A DNA stretch of 63,718 nucleotides, the filler included, from Chiloscyllium plagiosum (taxonomy: Eukaryota), in NCBI RefSeq assembly GCF_004010195.1. It is 4 parts of one record of this genome, joined end to end, with 100 filler letters (N's around TTAATTAATTAA, not from the genome) between each part and the next. Parts side by side here need not be neighbours in the genome. Positions count along the whole stretch, not along the records: positions 49,864 to 61,575 come from NC_057717.1; positions 61,676 to 63,718 come from NC_057717.1; 2 more parts are not named here. One strand, given 5' to 3'. Under the pieces are notes generated by a model that worked only from the letters and a program-made list of their open reading frames with translations, did no database searches and was not told the DNA's origin. Positions 49,864 to 63,584 of this stretch are shown here, piece by piece. The position numbers and the translations under genes are program-made. Position 1 is the first letter of the stretch, and each line of letters starts with the position of its first letter.

Positions 49864-50066
49864 TATCGAACTCACCTCATTAGCTACATGCCCCACTCCT
49901 TTGTGTCGCTCTCAATTATTGCCAGCCTGATTCCGCCACCCTTCATGGCTGGACGTATTCACGATCGACCAGATGCCCCTGAATATTATATGATCACTGT
50001 TTCTTTCCCCATCTTGAAATGTTAATGGGGACATGGTTGAGCTTTCTCAGTTCAGAGCTGCTGCAT

Positions 50067-50300
50067 ATGGCTAATTCGGAGCATGACAGTAAAAGCACAA
50101 ATTCACCACGTTTTAGCGACAGGGGCACGGAAGAGCTTATGTAAGAGCTAGTACTGAAGAGGGCCATTCTCTCCCCAGTGGAGGCCAGACTACTAGACTC
50201 ACCGTGCATCGTCTGAGTTCACCAAGCATTTCAGTGAAGCATCTGCGGTCTGAAGAAATGTCCAGCATCAATAAACTTCCCCACTTTGCAAGGATAAGTG
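50067..50300 (+). pseudogene. Possible Myb/SANT-like remnant (Harbinger-type accessory protein)
   Basis: MANSEHDSKSTNSPRFSDRGTEELM*ELVLKRAILSP resembles the PRFS..E.L..V..R..LFP start of Myb/SANT-like domains. Similarity judged by eye only. Confidence 0.4.
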
Positions 50301-50539
50301 TCACCACCATTTCCTTTCAGCTCTCTCATGCTCACTGTATATCTATCAAAGCATGTTCCCTGAACAAAGCTCATGTTCCATCAGTATCACTTTTGCATGC
50401 AGGACCTTCCTCTCTCTCGCTCTTTCCCTCCAAGATAGCCCTGCACTAATGACGCTACCTGGATTCAGAACTGTGTGCTGATGCCTTCCAGACAACTCAT
50501 CATTTTCCCCCAACTATATCACTACATCGAATATAGAAC

Positions 50540-51515
50540 ATAAGCAAATCCTAAATGGACATATCCACTTAATGGAAAGACAGTGTTACTGAACAAAGTC
50601 TCCTTGGAATACAGGCTTATAACTGCTTGAAATTAGAGTCCCAGATAGATAGGTTAGTGAAGAAGACGCTTGGTGTGCTATCTTTTATTTGTCAGAGTAT
50701 TGTGTATAGTAGTTGGGAAGTCATGTGGAGGCTGTACACGCCATTGGTCGGCCACCGTTAAAATATTGCGTGCAATTATTTTCTCCTTCCTATCGGAACG
50801 ATGTTCTGAAACTTAAAAAAAAGTTCAGAAAAGAATCATAAGGATGTTGCCAGGATTTGAGCTATAGCGAAAGGTTGGATACGCTCAGCCTATTTTACAT
50901 GGGTGTATAGTAGTTGGGAAGTCATGTGGAGGCTGTACACGCCATTGGTCGGACACCGTTAAAACATTGCGTGCAATTATTTTCTCCTTCCTATCGGAAC
51001 GATGTTCTGAAACTTATAAAAAAGGTTCAGAAAAGAATCAAAAGGATGTTGCCAGGATTTGAGCGATAGCGAAAGGTTGGATACGCTCAGCCTATTTTAC
51101 ATGGAGCGTCGGAGGCTGACGGGTGACCTCATCGAGGTTTATAAAATCATGGGGGGTGGGGGCATGGATATGATAAACAGACAAAATCTTTTCCCTGTGG
51201 TTGGGGAGTCCAGAACTCGAGGGCACAGTCTTAGGGTCAGAGGGGAAGGATGTAAAAGGGACCTACCGAGCAGTTTTTTTCACGCAGATCGTGGTACGTG
51301 CATGGAATGAGCTGACAAAGAAAGTAGTGGAGGTTGGTGAAATTGCAACATTTAAACGGCACTTGGAGTTATATATGATTAGGAAGAGGTTGAAGGGATA
51401 TGGGCCGGGTGCTGGCAATTGGGAGTAGATAGGTTTGGCATATCTGGTCGACATGGACAAACTGGACCGAATGATCTGTTTCCGTACTGTACATCTCTAT
51501 GATTCTATGACTCTA
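50540..51515 (+). mobile_element. CR1 3' fragment with an internal approximately 200-bp tandem duplication (about 50702-51100)
   Basis: ERRRLTGDLIEVYKIM..SRTRGH; tail ctatgattctatgactcta; gtgtatagtagttgggaagtc at 50702 and 50903. Confidence 0.9.
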
Positions 51516-51559
51516 ATATCATAGCCCTTCAGCAAACCTATGGAATCATTCTGAAGCTC

Positions 51560-53220
51560 GTCTGCCATACACTGTTACATTTACATCCATATATTTATCC
51601 AATGACCATTTAAATGCCATGAAAGTGGACGAGTCGACTCCCTACGACAGTCTGAGTAAAGAATCCACCTATGACATCTACCCTATATATGTATATTCTC
51701 CTCAATTTAATGCAATTTCCCCTTGTGCCAGCCATCACCATCCGAAGAAAAAGGCTTTCTAGTAACCCACTGACGATCTTATATATCTCAATTAAGTCGC
51801 CTTTTTACCTTCTTCTCTCGAAGTGAAACAGGCTCATGTCCCTCTTCCTCCGTAGACATTCATTATGAGAACCTACCTCCACAGTAGGTAAATACCCAGG
51901 AAATCGGTGAACATTTTCCTCAACGTTTTTATCCTTCCTATAATGAAGGAAGCAGAACTGTACTCAACATTCCAAGTGGAACGGCACCAGAGTTTTGGAC
52001 AGCTGCAATATGACCTCATGCCTNNNNNNNNNNNNNNNNNNNNNNNNNNNNNNNNNNNNNNNNNNNNNNNNNNNNNNNNNNNNNNNNNNNNNNNNNNNNN
52101 NNNNNNNNNNNNNNNNNNNNNNNNNNNNNNNNNNNNNNNNNNNNNNNNNNNNNNNNNNNNNNNNNNNNNNNNNNNNNNNNNNNNNNNNNNNNNNNNNNNN
52201 NNNNNNNNNNNNNNNNNNNNNNNNNNNNNNNNNNNNNNNNNNNNNNNNNNNNNNNNNNNNNNNNNNNNNNNNNNNNNNNNNNNNNNNNNNNNNNNNNNNN
52301 NNNNNNNNNNNNNNNNNNNNNNNNNNNNNNNNNNNNNNNNNNNNNNNNNNNNNNNNNNNNNNNNNNNNNNNNNNNNNNNNNNNNNNNNNNNNNNNNNNNN
52401 NNNNNNNNNNNNNNNNNNNNNNNNNNNNNNNNNNNNNNNNNNNNNNNNNNNNNNNCCTTTGCCTTCTTCTAGCTAGCCAATTTCTGATCCAAACTTCTAT
52501 ATCACCCACAATCCTATGTCTCCATATGTTGTGTAATAGTCTAGCGTGGGGAACATTACCAAAACTTTAGTGAAATCCACACACACCACATCAAATGCCT
52601 TCTCGTCATCCACCTGTTTGGTCACTTAGCAGAGAACTCAATAAGTTTTGAAAGGCACGACCTACCCTTCACAAAACCGTTTTGACCTCTCCCTAATCAA
52701 CCTATTCCTGTCTCGATGATTATTAATTACAGCTATTTCAAACATTTATTGCAATTTACCCGCAAACGATGTAAGGCTGACTGCTCTATTATTACCAGGG
52801 TTGTCCCTACTCCCTTTCTTGAACAAGAGGACAACATTTGCTGTCATCCAACCTTACGGCAATATTCCTGTAGTCACTGTGGACATAAAGACGAAATCGA
52901 AACCATCAGCAAGTCTCCTCTTTGGATTCCCAGAGAATACAATAATAAATTTCATGTGGTCCTGGGGAATTATCTGTTTTCACCCATTACAGAATTGCTG
53001 ACTCCTCCTCCTTGTAAATGTCAATCACGTGGTGTCGACTAGCTGTTGCTCAGCATTCTCCTTGGCAATATTTTTATAGTGTTCATATCGTCGAAAAATT
53101 ATTATTCAGCGCCTTCCCTATCTCCTCATACTTCACGCACAACTTTCTACTATTAGCATTGATTGACTCTAAACTTTCTCTCGCCATTGTTTTATTCCCG
53201 ATATTACCCGTATATCATAC
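51560..53220 (-). mobile_element. CR1 ORF2 fragment spanning a gap
   Basis: WIRNWLARRRQR, LQLSKTLVPFHLEC and LLFKKG-type motifs. Confidence 0.85.
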
Positions 53221-53769
53221 GTAGTGTAATACCAGCTAACGGATACAAAATCTCCTTTTTGATACCCTTACAATATTTTCATAATCTTGAGCATCCCAAC
53301 ATGTTCACATCACCGTATTTTATGATCCAGGATGAATCAGGCCAACCACTCTCATTCTTCCATTATCGATCCCTTTAATTCCAGGTATAATTCCAATTAT
53401 TGATATTATTACTCGTATTTTTCAACAAAGTAATTCTTTGTATATGCCTTTTATGCGTGTCTATGCGAAGAGTCATCTGTAAATGTACTGAAATGAAAAG
53501 AGATGTTAAAAAAAACTCTTTAGTTCATGGATTGCAAAAATGAAAAAGATGATGTTAATGGATTGATAAAGAAATAATTGGGCACTTTTGGATAAACAAT
53601 TGTTTAGATATTTTAAAAAAAATAAAATTCAGATTTTTTCAACTCTGTACGGTGCAGATTTTGTCTCAGTAAACAATCATATCTGTTGACAAAATGAAAA
53701 ATTACTGGAAAAGCTCAGTAAGCCTGGCAAAACCATTGCCGATAAAGCAGATTTGATATTTCTTCAGAG

Positions 53770-56700
53770 GCAGGATCACTGGTGGCAGGGTCAAGGATGT
53801 TTCTGCGCATGATCACGAGATGCCAAGGGGGAGTGTGGACAGCCAGAAGTGGTGGTGCACATTGGTATGAATGACACAGGCGCGTAAAGTGAGAAGGTCC
53901 TCCAAAGACAGTTCATGGTGCTGAGTTTAAAAACAGTAGTTTCGTGATTTAAAAATCAAGATTACTCCCTGTGCCACGTGGACGTGAGGCAGAAATACAA
54001 AAATAGTTTCGCTTAAAATGTGGCTATATACCTGGTGCGGGGCGAGCGGTTCATATTTTTGTAACATTGTGATCAATTTCAGGGCAGAAGGGACGTGTAA
54101 TAAAAGGAGTTGCATCTCAACTGAAGGGGCAGCAACATCCTGGCAGACGGGTTCAATAGTGCAACACAATGGATTTAAACTCATAATGCAAGACGCTGGG
54201 AACCAAAGCAGCAGGTCAGAAAGTGAGCAGATGGTAAAGGTGACTAGGATAAAGAGTCAAGGCCAGACTAATGAAGGTGGTGAGGGAAGAAATCATAAAT
54301 GTCCAAATATCAGTTGTAATTTGGAGTACATGACAGAGATGAGGCTCATTATTATCACGGATTAATAAATACGAATGGCGAGTGTGGAAACCCTAGTGCA
54401 GAAGAAACTATCAAAAGAGAAATCAAATCAATGGATATTATTGAAAAATCTTGTTCAAAATTATAAACAGTATTTGAAATAAAATTGAGAAGTTGACAAC
54501 ACAAACAGCGACAACAAGTGATCAAAATTGCGTGGAGATCAGGACTGGGGAGATAAATGTCCAAAGTTCTCAGTATTCTGAATGGATATCCATGAAGTAG
54601 CAGGCGGTGCAGCTTCTCAAAGAAATCAAAGGATGGATTCCCTACAGGGTTGAAACGGTCCATTTGGCCTAACACGTCCACTCCGACCCTTTCGAAGAGT
54701 CACCCTGCCTCCCACCCCCCCCCCCCCCCCCCAGACCCAGTCCCATAATAGAGTGCAGATCCTTTGGCCCTGACCTTTGTGTTGTCAATGTTTACAGGAA
54801 AAGTGCCACAAGACTGAAGGACAGAGAATGTTGTCCTGTTATTCAAGAAGGGAAGTACGGAAAATACTGATAATTATACACCACTGAGCCTTACTTTGCA
54901 GTATAGTGTTGTAAAAGTTTCTAACTGATAGGGAACATAATCATTTAGAGTGCAATATTTTGGTGAGGGATTGTCAACACCGTTTTGTGATGTTTAGATC
55001 GAGTCTCACAAACCTTACTGTGTTCTTTGAGAAGGCAACCAAATAGGTGAATGAGAGGAATGCAGTTGAAGTGGTGTATATGCATTTCAGGAAGGAGTTT
55101 GAGAAGGTACCCAAAGTAGACTATTGCACAAGATATGGAGGCATGGGATTGATGGCGATTTATCGGTTTGATTCAGAAATTGTCGAGCTGAACGGAGACA
55201 AACGGTGGTGTCTGAGCGGAAATGTTCATCCTGGAGTTCATTTAATAGTGGTGCTGCGCCTGGATCTGTTTTGGGGCCACTTCCGATCGTCATTTTTATA
55301 AATGATTGAATGAGGGCGTAAAAGTTTGAGTTAGTTAATTTGCGGATGATACTTAGGTCGGTAGAGCTGTGGACACGATAAAAGATGTCAGGTTACAGAG
55401 GGGCATAGACAATTTGCAGACGTGGACTGGGAGGTGGCAAGTTCAGTTGAATGTGGAAAAGTGTGAGGTGATTCACTTTGGAAGGAACAACAGGAATAAT
55501 GATTACTGGGCTAAAGGTAAGGTTCTTCAGAGTGTAGACGAGCAGCGAGATCTCGGTGTCCACATACAAAGATCCCTAAAGGTTTTTACCCANNNNNNNN
55601 NNNNNNNNNNNNNNNNNNNNNNNNNNNNNNNNNNNNNNNNNNNNNNNNNNNNNNNNNNNNNNNNNNNNNNNNNNNNNNNNNNCGCATGAAAGGTCTGATG
55701 TGGAAATGCTGAAGGATTTGATGCTATTTCCGTTAGAGAGACAAAAATTGAAAGGTAATTTAATTGAGACATATAAGGTAATCAGTGGGTTCGAGAGGGT
55801 GGACAGTGAGGACATTTTCCTTAGATGGTGATGGCAAAGACCAGGGTGCATAACTTTAAATGAGGGTGATAGATATAGGACTGATGTCAGTGTTGGTTTG
55901 TGCACTCATAGAAATGCCCTCACTTCGGCATAAGTAGACTCGCCAAATGTAAGGATATTTAAATGGCCATGGGATAAATCTATGGATAGACATAGAAAAA
56001 TGTGGGATAGATAGGTTTCAGATTGGTTCCATTGGTCGGCGCAACATTGAGTACTGAAGAGTCTGTACTGTGCTGTCATGTTCTATGTTCGAGGTATCAC
56101 TGTACATTTACCACTCACTAATGCACCTAACTTACACGTCCCAGGACACTACGGGCAATTTAACATGGCCAATTCACGTAACCCGCGCAAGATCCAGGAG
56201 CACCTTGGAGGAATCCATGCAGACAAGTGGAGAATGCGCAAACTCCATACAGACAATCTGCTGATGTTGGAATCTAACCCAAGACCCTGGTGCTGTGACG
56301 CAGCAATGCTAATCGCTAATTAACCGTGCCGCCCTACCGGTTAAGAAAGACATAAAGGCTGTGACAAGAAATTAAATTATCATGAGGGAGCAGAATGATT
56401 AACCATTATGGGCGGAAATACAAGGCAATGGAAGAAATTCATTAGGAGCAGTAATTTCCACCAGTATCCCACGACCAAAAGTAATGAACAACATAAACCA
56501 GGGAATAAAATGAACTTTGAGAGATGCACAAAAACGATTATGGGTGGTTTGAAGATGCGAATTTACTGGATTAAAATTCTTGGAAAGCTCAGCCTCGAAG
56601 AACGATTCATTAAGTGCGCAAGTGATTGCTTCTTCGAGCAACATGTCATGGAACAACCGGAGAACTGGATACTTTTGGTTCGGTATTACATAGTGATGAA

Positions 56701-57000
56701 GAACTGATAAATGGTCTTGTATTTAATTATCATCTTGCAAAGAATGATCACAACATGCTAGAGCTTCAACTTCAGATGGAAAGACTGAAGACAGAGTCAC
56801 TTACACGAGATTTTCTTTCCAGCAACGATAATGATACTGGCCTGAGGAAGGATATGGCACTGGAATGCTCTGGGAAACATGATTTAAAGGGCAGAGCATT
56901 TGGAGTACAGTGGCAAATACTTGGGTGATGCCAAATTCCTCTCAAACAAAGTATATTCCTGAGAGGGAGAGAAATAGTAACAAACTAAAAGGTCATCCAT
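53770..57000 (+). mobile_element. Decayed CR1 pieces: ORF1 esterase (about 53770-54190), ORF2/RT with tail (about 54750-56090), APE fragment (about 56380-57000)
   Basis: QPEVVVHIGMND, VVYMHFRKEFEKVP, FADDT, EQRDLGV and EQHVMEQ motifs. Confidence 0.82.
56095..56335 (-). mobile_element. HE1-type V-SINE, diverged
   Basis: gggcggcacggtt head, tggagtttgcgcattctcc V-domain and gggcaatttaacatggccaattc. Confidence 0.85.
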
Positions 57001-57029
57001 TTTCGAGAATTGAATTGAACTGAATTTTC

Positions 57030-59330
57030 TAACAACGTCAGGTAGAAACTATTGCGAAACCGGATGTGTGCGTGTTCAGGCTTCTAGAAATTCTCCCCGA
57101 CGGTCGAGGCTGGAGAAAAACATTGCCAGGTGGGATTGATCTCTGAGAATGCTGGCGGTCTTTCCTTGTCAGCAGGCCTGGCAATTGGATAGTATGGATG
57201 GGAGGTTAGCCTTTGTGATTGTCCGGGCCGAGTTCACTACTTTCTGTAACCGTCTCCAATCTTGAATTGTACTTTTGCCATACCAGATAGTGATACATCC
57301 AAACAGAATGTCCTTGATGGCACACCTATAAAGGATGGCAAGCGTAGTCGCTGTCATGCTATCTTTTCTCAGCTGCCTGGGGAAGAAAATATGTTGATGG
57401 GCCTTTGTAATCAGTACGTCTACATGAAGAGTCCAAGTAAACTTGTTATGAATGACCACCCTCAGAACCGTTACAATCTCCACTCGTTACACCTCTGTGC
57501 TGTTAGTGTGTCGGGGGTGAGGCTTGAGTACCATTCCGCCAAAAGTCAATCATGACTTCCTTGATTTTTCTGATATAGGGAGCTAGATTGTTCTCAGTGC
57601 ACCATGTTTCTGGATCTTCCACCTCCCGTCTGTAGTCTGTATCGTCGCCATCTGAGATTCGACCAATGATTTGACTGTCATTAGCGAACTTGCAAATGTC
57701 ATAAGTCTGGCATTTGGTGATACAGTCATGGATATACGATGAGTGCAGTAGGGGCTGAATACGCACCACTGGTCGGGGTGGGGGGTGGGGGGGGGGGGGG
57801 GTTTGAGGGGACTCCCGTGTTGAGTGCTTCTGAGGATGACACTTTGTTCCCAATTTTCTCTGATTGTGGACTGTGGGTCAGGAACTTAAGAGCAAGATGT
57901 TGAGAGATGGGCTTCATCCAAGATCACCAACTTTAGTAATGAGTCTCGAGGGGATAATAATATTGAAGGCTGAATTGTAGTCAATGAGTAGCATTTTTAC
58001 GTAGCTGTTCTTGGTGTCAAGATGTTCTAAAGAGAAGTGAAACGTAAGTGATACGGCATCTGATGTGGATGTGTTGATCCGATAAGCAAGTTTGAGTTGG
58101 TCAAGAGTAGTGGGGAGAGTGAATTTGATTGATGCCATGACCAGACTGTTAAAGCACTTCATGACCACCCAAATAAGGGCCACTGGGCAGTAGTCATTGA
58201 GTCATGCTGCATGAGCCTTCTTCTACATAGGGATGATGTTGGCCCTCTTTGGGCACGGTCTGAGTGCACGTCCGAGAGCTCCATCTCGTCCCATCACTTT
58301 CGTTGGAATCATACGAAGGAAAGCTGATCTGATTTCTGATGTAGTGAGTGTTGTAACAGGTTTGTAAGAACTTGTCAGAATAGGTGTTTCCTCTCCCCCA
58401 AATTCTGCTCAAAGCGAGCATAGAGGCGTTGCAACTATCTGGGAGATATATGCCATCGTCTGCTATTTGCCCAGTCTCTTTTCAGAACCTGTGATTTAAT
58501 TTGTACTTGCCATAGTCAGCAGCTGTCTGTCTGGGTCTCTAGATTTGATCGGTATTTGTCCTTGGCTGTCTTAATGGCTCTGCGAATGTAATTCCTTATT
58601 TTTGAGTGGGTCTCCCAATCCGAAGGCCTCCCAACCTGTTTTTATTAGGTTCTGTATGTCCTGTTTCTTTCAGGATTTCCTGTTGACGACCAGATTGACT
58701 TTCTTGGTATGCAGTCCCCCACACACTTGCTGATAGTAGTGCTGTACTGGTCCAAGGTACCTGCGGACTGTTTGAACATGGCTCAATCATCCGATTCCAG
58801 ACAGCACTGGATTTGAAACTCTGCCTCCTCCGACCATCACTGGACCTGTATCCATGAAGGGGTCCAATGCTTGAGCTTTTGCCTGTCAGCCGAGTGAAGC
58901 AACATGGCATTGTGTTGAGATTTCCTGAAATGAAGGCAGTGGATGGAGTAATAGGCATCCTCACAGTAGTTTAGCAGTGGTCTAAAATGTTCCGGCCCTA
59001 GTGGGGCAGGTAATGTTCTGGTGGTGTTTGGACAACATCTTCCTTCGATTAGCTTGATTTAAGTCGCCAGTCACAATAAACAGGGCCTTGGGGTGTTCCT
59101 CTCCAGGGTGTTCGTAGGGGAGTGCAGCAGACCCAGAGCTTCGTCAACATTTGCTTGTGGAGGAACGTACACAAAGGTTAGTACAAAAGCGGTAAATTCC
59201 CTTGGTAGATGGAGGTGTGGCATTTGATGTTGAAGAATTCAAGATTTGGCGAGCAATGGCTGCCCAGAGTTGCGATGTCCATGCACCGCTAGTGGTTGAT
59301 TAAAAAGCAAACACCCCCACACGTTTTCAC
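57030..59330 (-). mobile_element. Rex1/Babar-type LINE, decayed (APE + RT + C-terminal domain)
   Basis: LPREFTAF..VYVPPQAN..IVTGDLNQAN; LAYRINTSTSDAV..LEHLD..MLLIDYNSAFNIIIP; KFANDS; KAHQHIFFPRQLRK..YRCAIKDIL.GCITIWYG. Confidence 0.88.
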
Positions 59331-59409
59331 AATGATGTCTTCGATAACATTCTGAGGGCAAAATTGGGACGTTGCACTTTGCGGAATTCGGAGAAGGGCT
59401 GATCTCGTC

Positions 59410-59660
59410 ATATTGATGCTCAGTTGATAATCGAGAGACCAGATAGTGTTCTGATGACCTGGGATTGAATCCTCCCACGGCAGATACTGTAGTTTGAATT
59501 CACATCTTGAATTAAGATACTGATTGTGACCATGAATGGATTGTCAGGAAAACCAATTTAGTTCGTTCATGCAATTTAGGGAAGGAAACTGCTATCCTGA
59601 ACTGCTCTGCCCGACATGTGACTCAAAACAAAAAGCAAGGTGGTTGACTCTTGACTGGTA
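59410..59660 (+). mobile_element. Second SINE-like family copy
   Basis: B-box-like gggattgaatcc, tttagggaaggaaactgc and acatgtgactc..gtggttgactctt. Confidence 0.65.
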
Positions 59661-59669
59661 CTCAAAGAA

Positions 59670-60500
59670 TTTGGAAAACAGGCAGCGATGAGGAGATAGA
59701 GTTCACAGATAAATTTCCATACGCTAAGACAATGGGGAAGAACTTGACAGGTGGAGTTTGATGTGGCTCAGTGCGGGTTGTCGATTTGGGTCAAAACATA
59801 AAAGGCCAAATCACGATTTAAATGGGAAACAGATTCAAAATGCGTCAACAATAACTGATTTGGCTGTCTTTCTGCATTAATCTCAGATAGTAGGTATTCA
59901 GATGCAACAGGTAATAAGAAAGGCAAATGATACCCGGACATTCATTCCAGGAGAACTGGATTAGAAAAGGAAAGAAGCATTGTTACAATTACGTAAGGCT
60001 TTAGTTCCAAACCTGAAAGATTGTGTCGAGTTTTGGTCTCTTGAGAAATGACGTGGAGGCACGAGAGGCTGTTCAGTGTAGTTTCACGATGTTGATTCCA
60101 GGCAACATTGGGCTACAGTCGAGGAAGTAATTGAGCAGCTTGGTTTTGTACTTGCTAGCGTACAGACGAATGGGGGAGATATCTGATTGAGGTGCCTAAC
60201 ATGCTGAAGGGGATTGCTAAGGTGGATGTGGGAAAGATGGTTGCCCTTTTGGGACAGGCTTGTATAAAAGCTAATTGGTAGAGAATCAGATGAGGTAAGT
60301 TCAAAATTGAGATCTGGAGAAAGTACATCTCTTCAAGGATTTTGAATCTGTTGAACTCACTGCCCACTGCCTCACTGTTGAACTTCTATGCAGGAAGAAT
60401 AGATCAATTGATTTAAAAAAGAAGCATAAATGCTTCTGGCGGAGCAGACTCAACGAGTCGAATTACCCGCTCCTCATTCAAACATTCCTCTCTTGTTCCC
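59670..60500 (+). mobile_element. CR1 3' fragment
   Basis: WQVEFDV, LQLRKALV and DCVEFWS remnants with a CR1-type tail. Confidence 0.75.
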
Positions 60501-61575
60501 ATTTGCAATTATTTGGTTTTCAGTCACCGTTGATGAATGGGGTGTCCAATGTCTGGGGGTTTATTTGAGGGAGTACAGGCTTGCACCGTGTCTGGAGAAT
60601 AAGCAAACGTTTAAAAATCACACAACACCAGGATATAGTCCAAACGTACATACTTTCTGAGCGCTGCTGCCTCCCAACAAGTGCCATTTACTTGAGCTTC
60701 AGAATATATCAGCGCTGCCCAAGCAGCCACCACGTAGAATCACGCATTAGGGAAGAGTCCAAGCCAGTCTGATGGACCAAGTGCTCATCCAACTGCTTTT
60801 GAAAGTCTTCAAGTTTACCGGCCTCAACTGCCCTCCTACGCAGTGCAATCCAGTAAAAAATGCGAATGTGTAGGTTCAGAACAATTTCTACATATCCTCC
60901 CTCAACCTCTTAACTTTCCTTTCACAAGTCTTTCCTCTTGTTCTTGACCCTTCAACTGAGGGGAACAACTGCTGTGTCTTAATCTTGCTCATTTCCCGGA
61001 TGTTCTTATCCCCTTGAGCAGGTTCCCCCTCAACTTTTTCTGCTCCAAGTAAAAATCTGAGCAAACAAAGTCTTCTTCATTGTTTGAGTATCTATTGTCT
61101 TGTTACGTTTGAAGTGCATTCCTTCACGTTTATGAGTGGTAAATTGCAGTTTCTAGTAATTCGATTTTTTAAATGCTTATGCCTGAATTTATTATTTTTA
61201 GAAATCTGCAGCGAATATTCACGTATCTTCACCTCGGTATCCTGGACCAATAATGGCACTATTAGCAGTGGCATTGTAGACTTATACAAGGGCACGTGAC
61301 AATAAAGCTGATTATAATTCTAATTTATGAATATCACAAACAAACCTCAATTTTCTTCCTGTACTCCAGGCGTTATCTCCTTAAGAAGAATAGAGAATTC
61401 CAGTCTCTTGCTTTTCTTATTTCGGTGAATTAATAGTGTGATGCAGTTGAGATTATTTTTATGAGAGAGCCACAAATAATACTTTGGACATGAAGATGAA
61501 TTCTGGTTTTATACTCTGCCCCATCTGTATACCTTATTCATAACGCTTATATGTCATTAATATTGGATTAGGTTT

Positions 61576-61675
61576 NNNNNNNNNNNNNNNNNNNNNNNNN
61601 NNNNNNNNNNNNNNNNNNNTTAATTAATTAANNNNNNNNNNNNNNNNNNNNNNNNNNNNNNNNNNNNNNNNNNNN
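61576..61675. other. Assembly gap with artificial linker
   Basis: N run containing TTAATTAATTAA at 61620-61631. Confidence 0.97.
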
Positions 61676-62430
61676 TTCCCACCGCGCTTTGGTGGCAGCT
61701 GCCCCAAGCTTCAGCGCATCCCTCAACACGTAGTCCTGGGCCTTGGAATGTGCCAGTCCGCAACACTCAGTCGGGGTCAACTCCTTCAGCTGGAAGANNN
61801 NNNNNNNNNNNNNNNNNNNNNNNNNNNNNNNNNNNNNNNNNNNNNNNNNNNNNNNNNNNNNNNNNNNNNNNNNNNNNNNNNNNNNNNNNTCACAGCGCTG
61901 CTCGGGACGAACCTCGACAAACACCACTGCATTCCTCTCCAGACTTCCTCTGCATAGGCACATTCCAGAAGGAGGTGTGTGACAGTCTCGTCCCCCCCGC
62001 AGCCGCTTCGAGGGCAGCATGTGGTGCGGCTGAGAGTCCGGGCGAGCATAACGGATCTCACAGGCAGAGCCCTTCTCACCACAAGCCAAGCCATGTCTTG
62101 GTGCTTGCTGGAAAGTTCTGGTGATGAGGCATTCTGCCAAATAACTTTGACAGTCTGCCCAGGGAACCGCTCGATAGGATCCGCCCTCTCCTTTTCCCGA
62201 AGGGTCTCAAGGACACTTTGTGCTGACCACTTCCTGATGGACTTGTGGTCAAAGGGGTTTTTCTTCATAAACTTCTCCACGAAGGACAGGTGATATGGAA
62301 CGATCCAACTACTCGGAGCGTTCTGCGGCAATGAGGCCAGGCCCATCCTTCACACTATCGGGGAAAGGTAGAACCTCAGTACGTAGTGACACTTGGTGTT
62401 TGCGACCGGGGATCTACGCACAGCTTGATG
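61676..62430 (-). mobile_element. L1/Tx1-clade LINE ORF2 C-terminal fragment (zf-RVT)
   Basis: Open frame IWQNASSPELSSKHQDMAWLVVRRALPVRS..CPRSGCGGDETVTHLLLEC..VW, a CCHC zf-RVT signature. Confidence 0.85.
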
Positions 62431-62594
62431 GAGTTATATATATGCTGAGACCAGGCACCAGCACCAAACGTCAGTGCCTGAAGGACATTGCTGAATTGGA
62501 TCAGCAGTTTGTGATCATCCAAGAGCAGTCACTGTCACTGACACCAGCTTTTTGTTTCCAGATTGATCACTTGGGATTCAATTCAATGAAAGCT

Positions 62595-62800
62595 GAAAGA
62601 ACTGCGGATGCTGTAAATCTAAAACAAAAACAGAAGTTGCTGGAGAAGCTCAGCAGGTCTGGCAGCATCTGTGAAGAGAAATCCAAATTAATGTTTTGTG
62701 TCCGGTCACCCATCCTCAGAACCCGAAACATTAACTCTGATTTCTCGTCATAAATGTTGCCAGACCTGCCGAGCTCATCCAGCAACTTTGTTTTTGTTCC
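62595..62800. mobile_element. Decayed Neptune-type palindromic repeat, cut by the LTR
   Basis: Arms aacaaaaacagaagttgctggagaagctcagcaggtctggcagcat / atgttgccagacctgccgagctcatccagcaactttgtttttgtt. Confidence 0.8.
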
Positions 62801-63502
62801 TGCTATGAAGATGTGGGTGTACTGTACCTTTTAAGAGAGCAAAAGCTAGCAGTGACAGCGCCAAGTGTTCTCAATAAGACACAGTGTAACATGTGCTCCA
62901 GTTACTGGGGTAGCTAGTTGCCTGGAAACGACAAAACAGATTTGGATTAGGCCAATCAGTTTAAATTATATCCTGAAAAATACCAAATTCCAGTCCAGTT
63001 TGAATTGAGTGTATCGACAATCTTAAAAGCCAGTGACACAATCTGATGCTTTGGGGGTATAAGACCAGGGAAAATTGAACAGTTGGGAGGAGAACTGACA
63101 AACCAATGACATCTGCACACTGCCCAGAAAACTAGATCTGTTAAAAGGTACCTGAATAGATCAGTAACCTGTGGAGCAGACTTCCCAAGAAGAAGAAGAC
63201 AGGAATTCAGAGGAAACTGAAAAAGGCTTGGTTTTCAGACAAGAAGTGTTGTTTTGTAAATCTTAATTGGGAGTTTTATTGGGCTAATATTATAGAAGGG
63301 AAGATAAAAGATAGGCAAGAGGAAGGACTTGTAAATAGTTGTTAGTTAATTATTCTCTGTTATATTTTAAGAAATAAAGTTGTTAATTTTTACTTTACAT
63401 AGTTCTTGGCCACTTGAATTTTGACAGATTACTGCACGGGATAAATCTTTTCTGTGTTGCTAATTTTAAATTAAGCAGGAGGGTTTAACCTGTGACATAA
63501 CA
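62801..63502 (+). mobile_element. Solo LTR (702 bp)
   Basis: Ends TGCTATG...CATAACA (imperfect terminal inverted repeat, TG..CA); CCAAT, TATAAG (about 63058) and AATAAA (about 63373) in order; homologous to 44810-45370. Confidence 0.85.
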
Positions 63503-63584
63503 TTTCAAATGAATGAGGTTGGATTTTCTGGAGCATTCTTCCACTTTTTTGGATGTTAACGTGGTAAGTGCTCTGCCACACGTC

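Noticed and set aside
57169..57483. Host gene (ALKBH8-like annotation sometimes given to this domain)
   Set aside because: It is the C-terminal domain of the Rex1/Babar LINE, colinear with decayed RT and APE.
44810..63502. Single full-length LTR retrotransposon bounded by the two related LTRs
   Set aside because: The LTRs are clearly diverged, there is no gag/pol between them and two artificial joins intervene.
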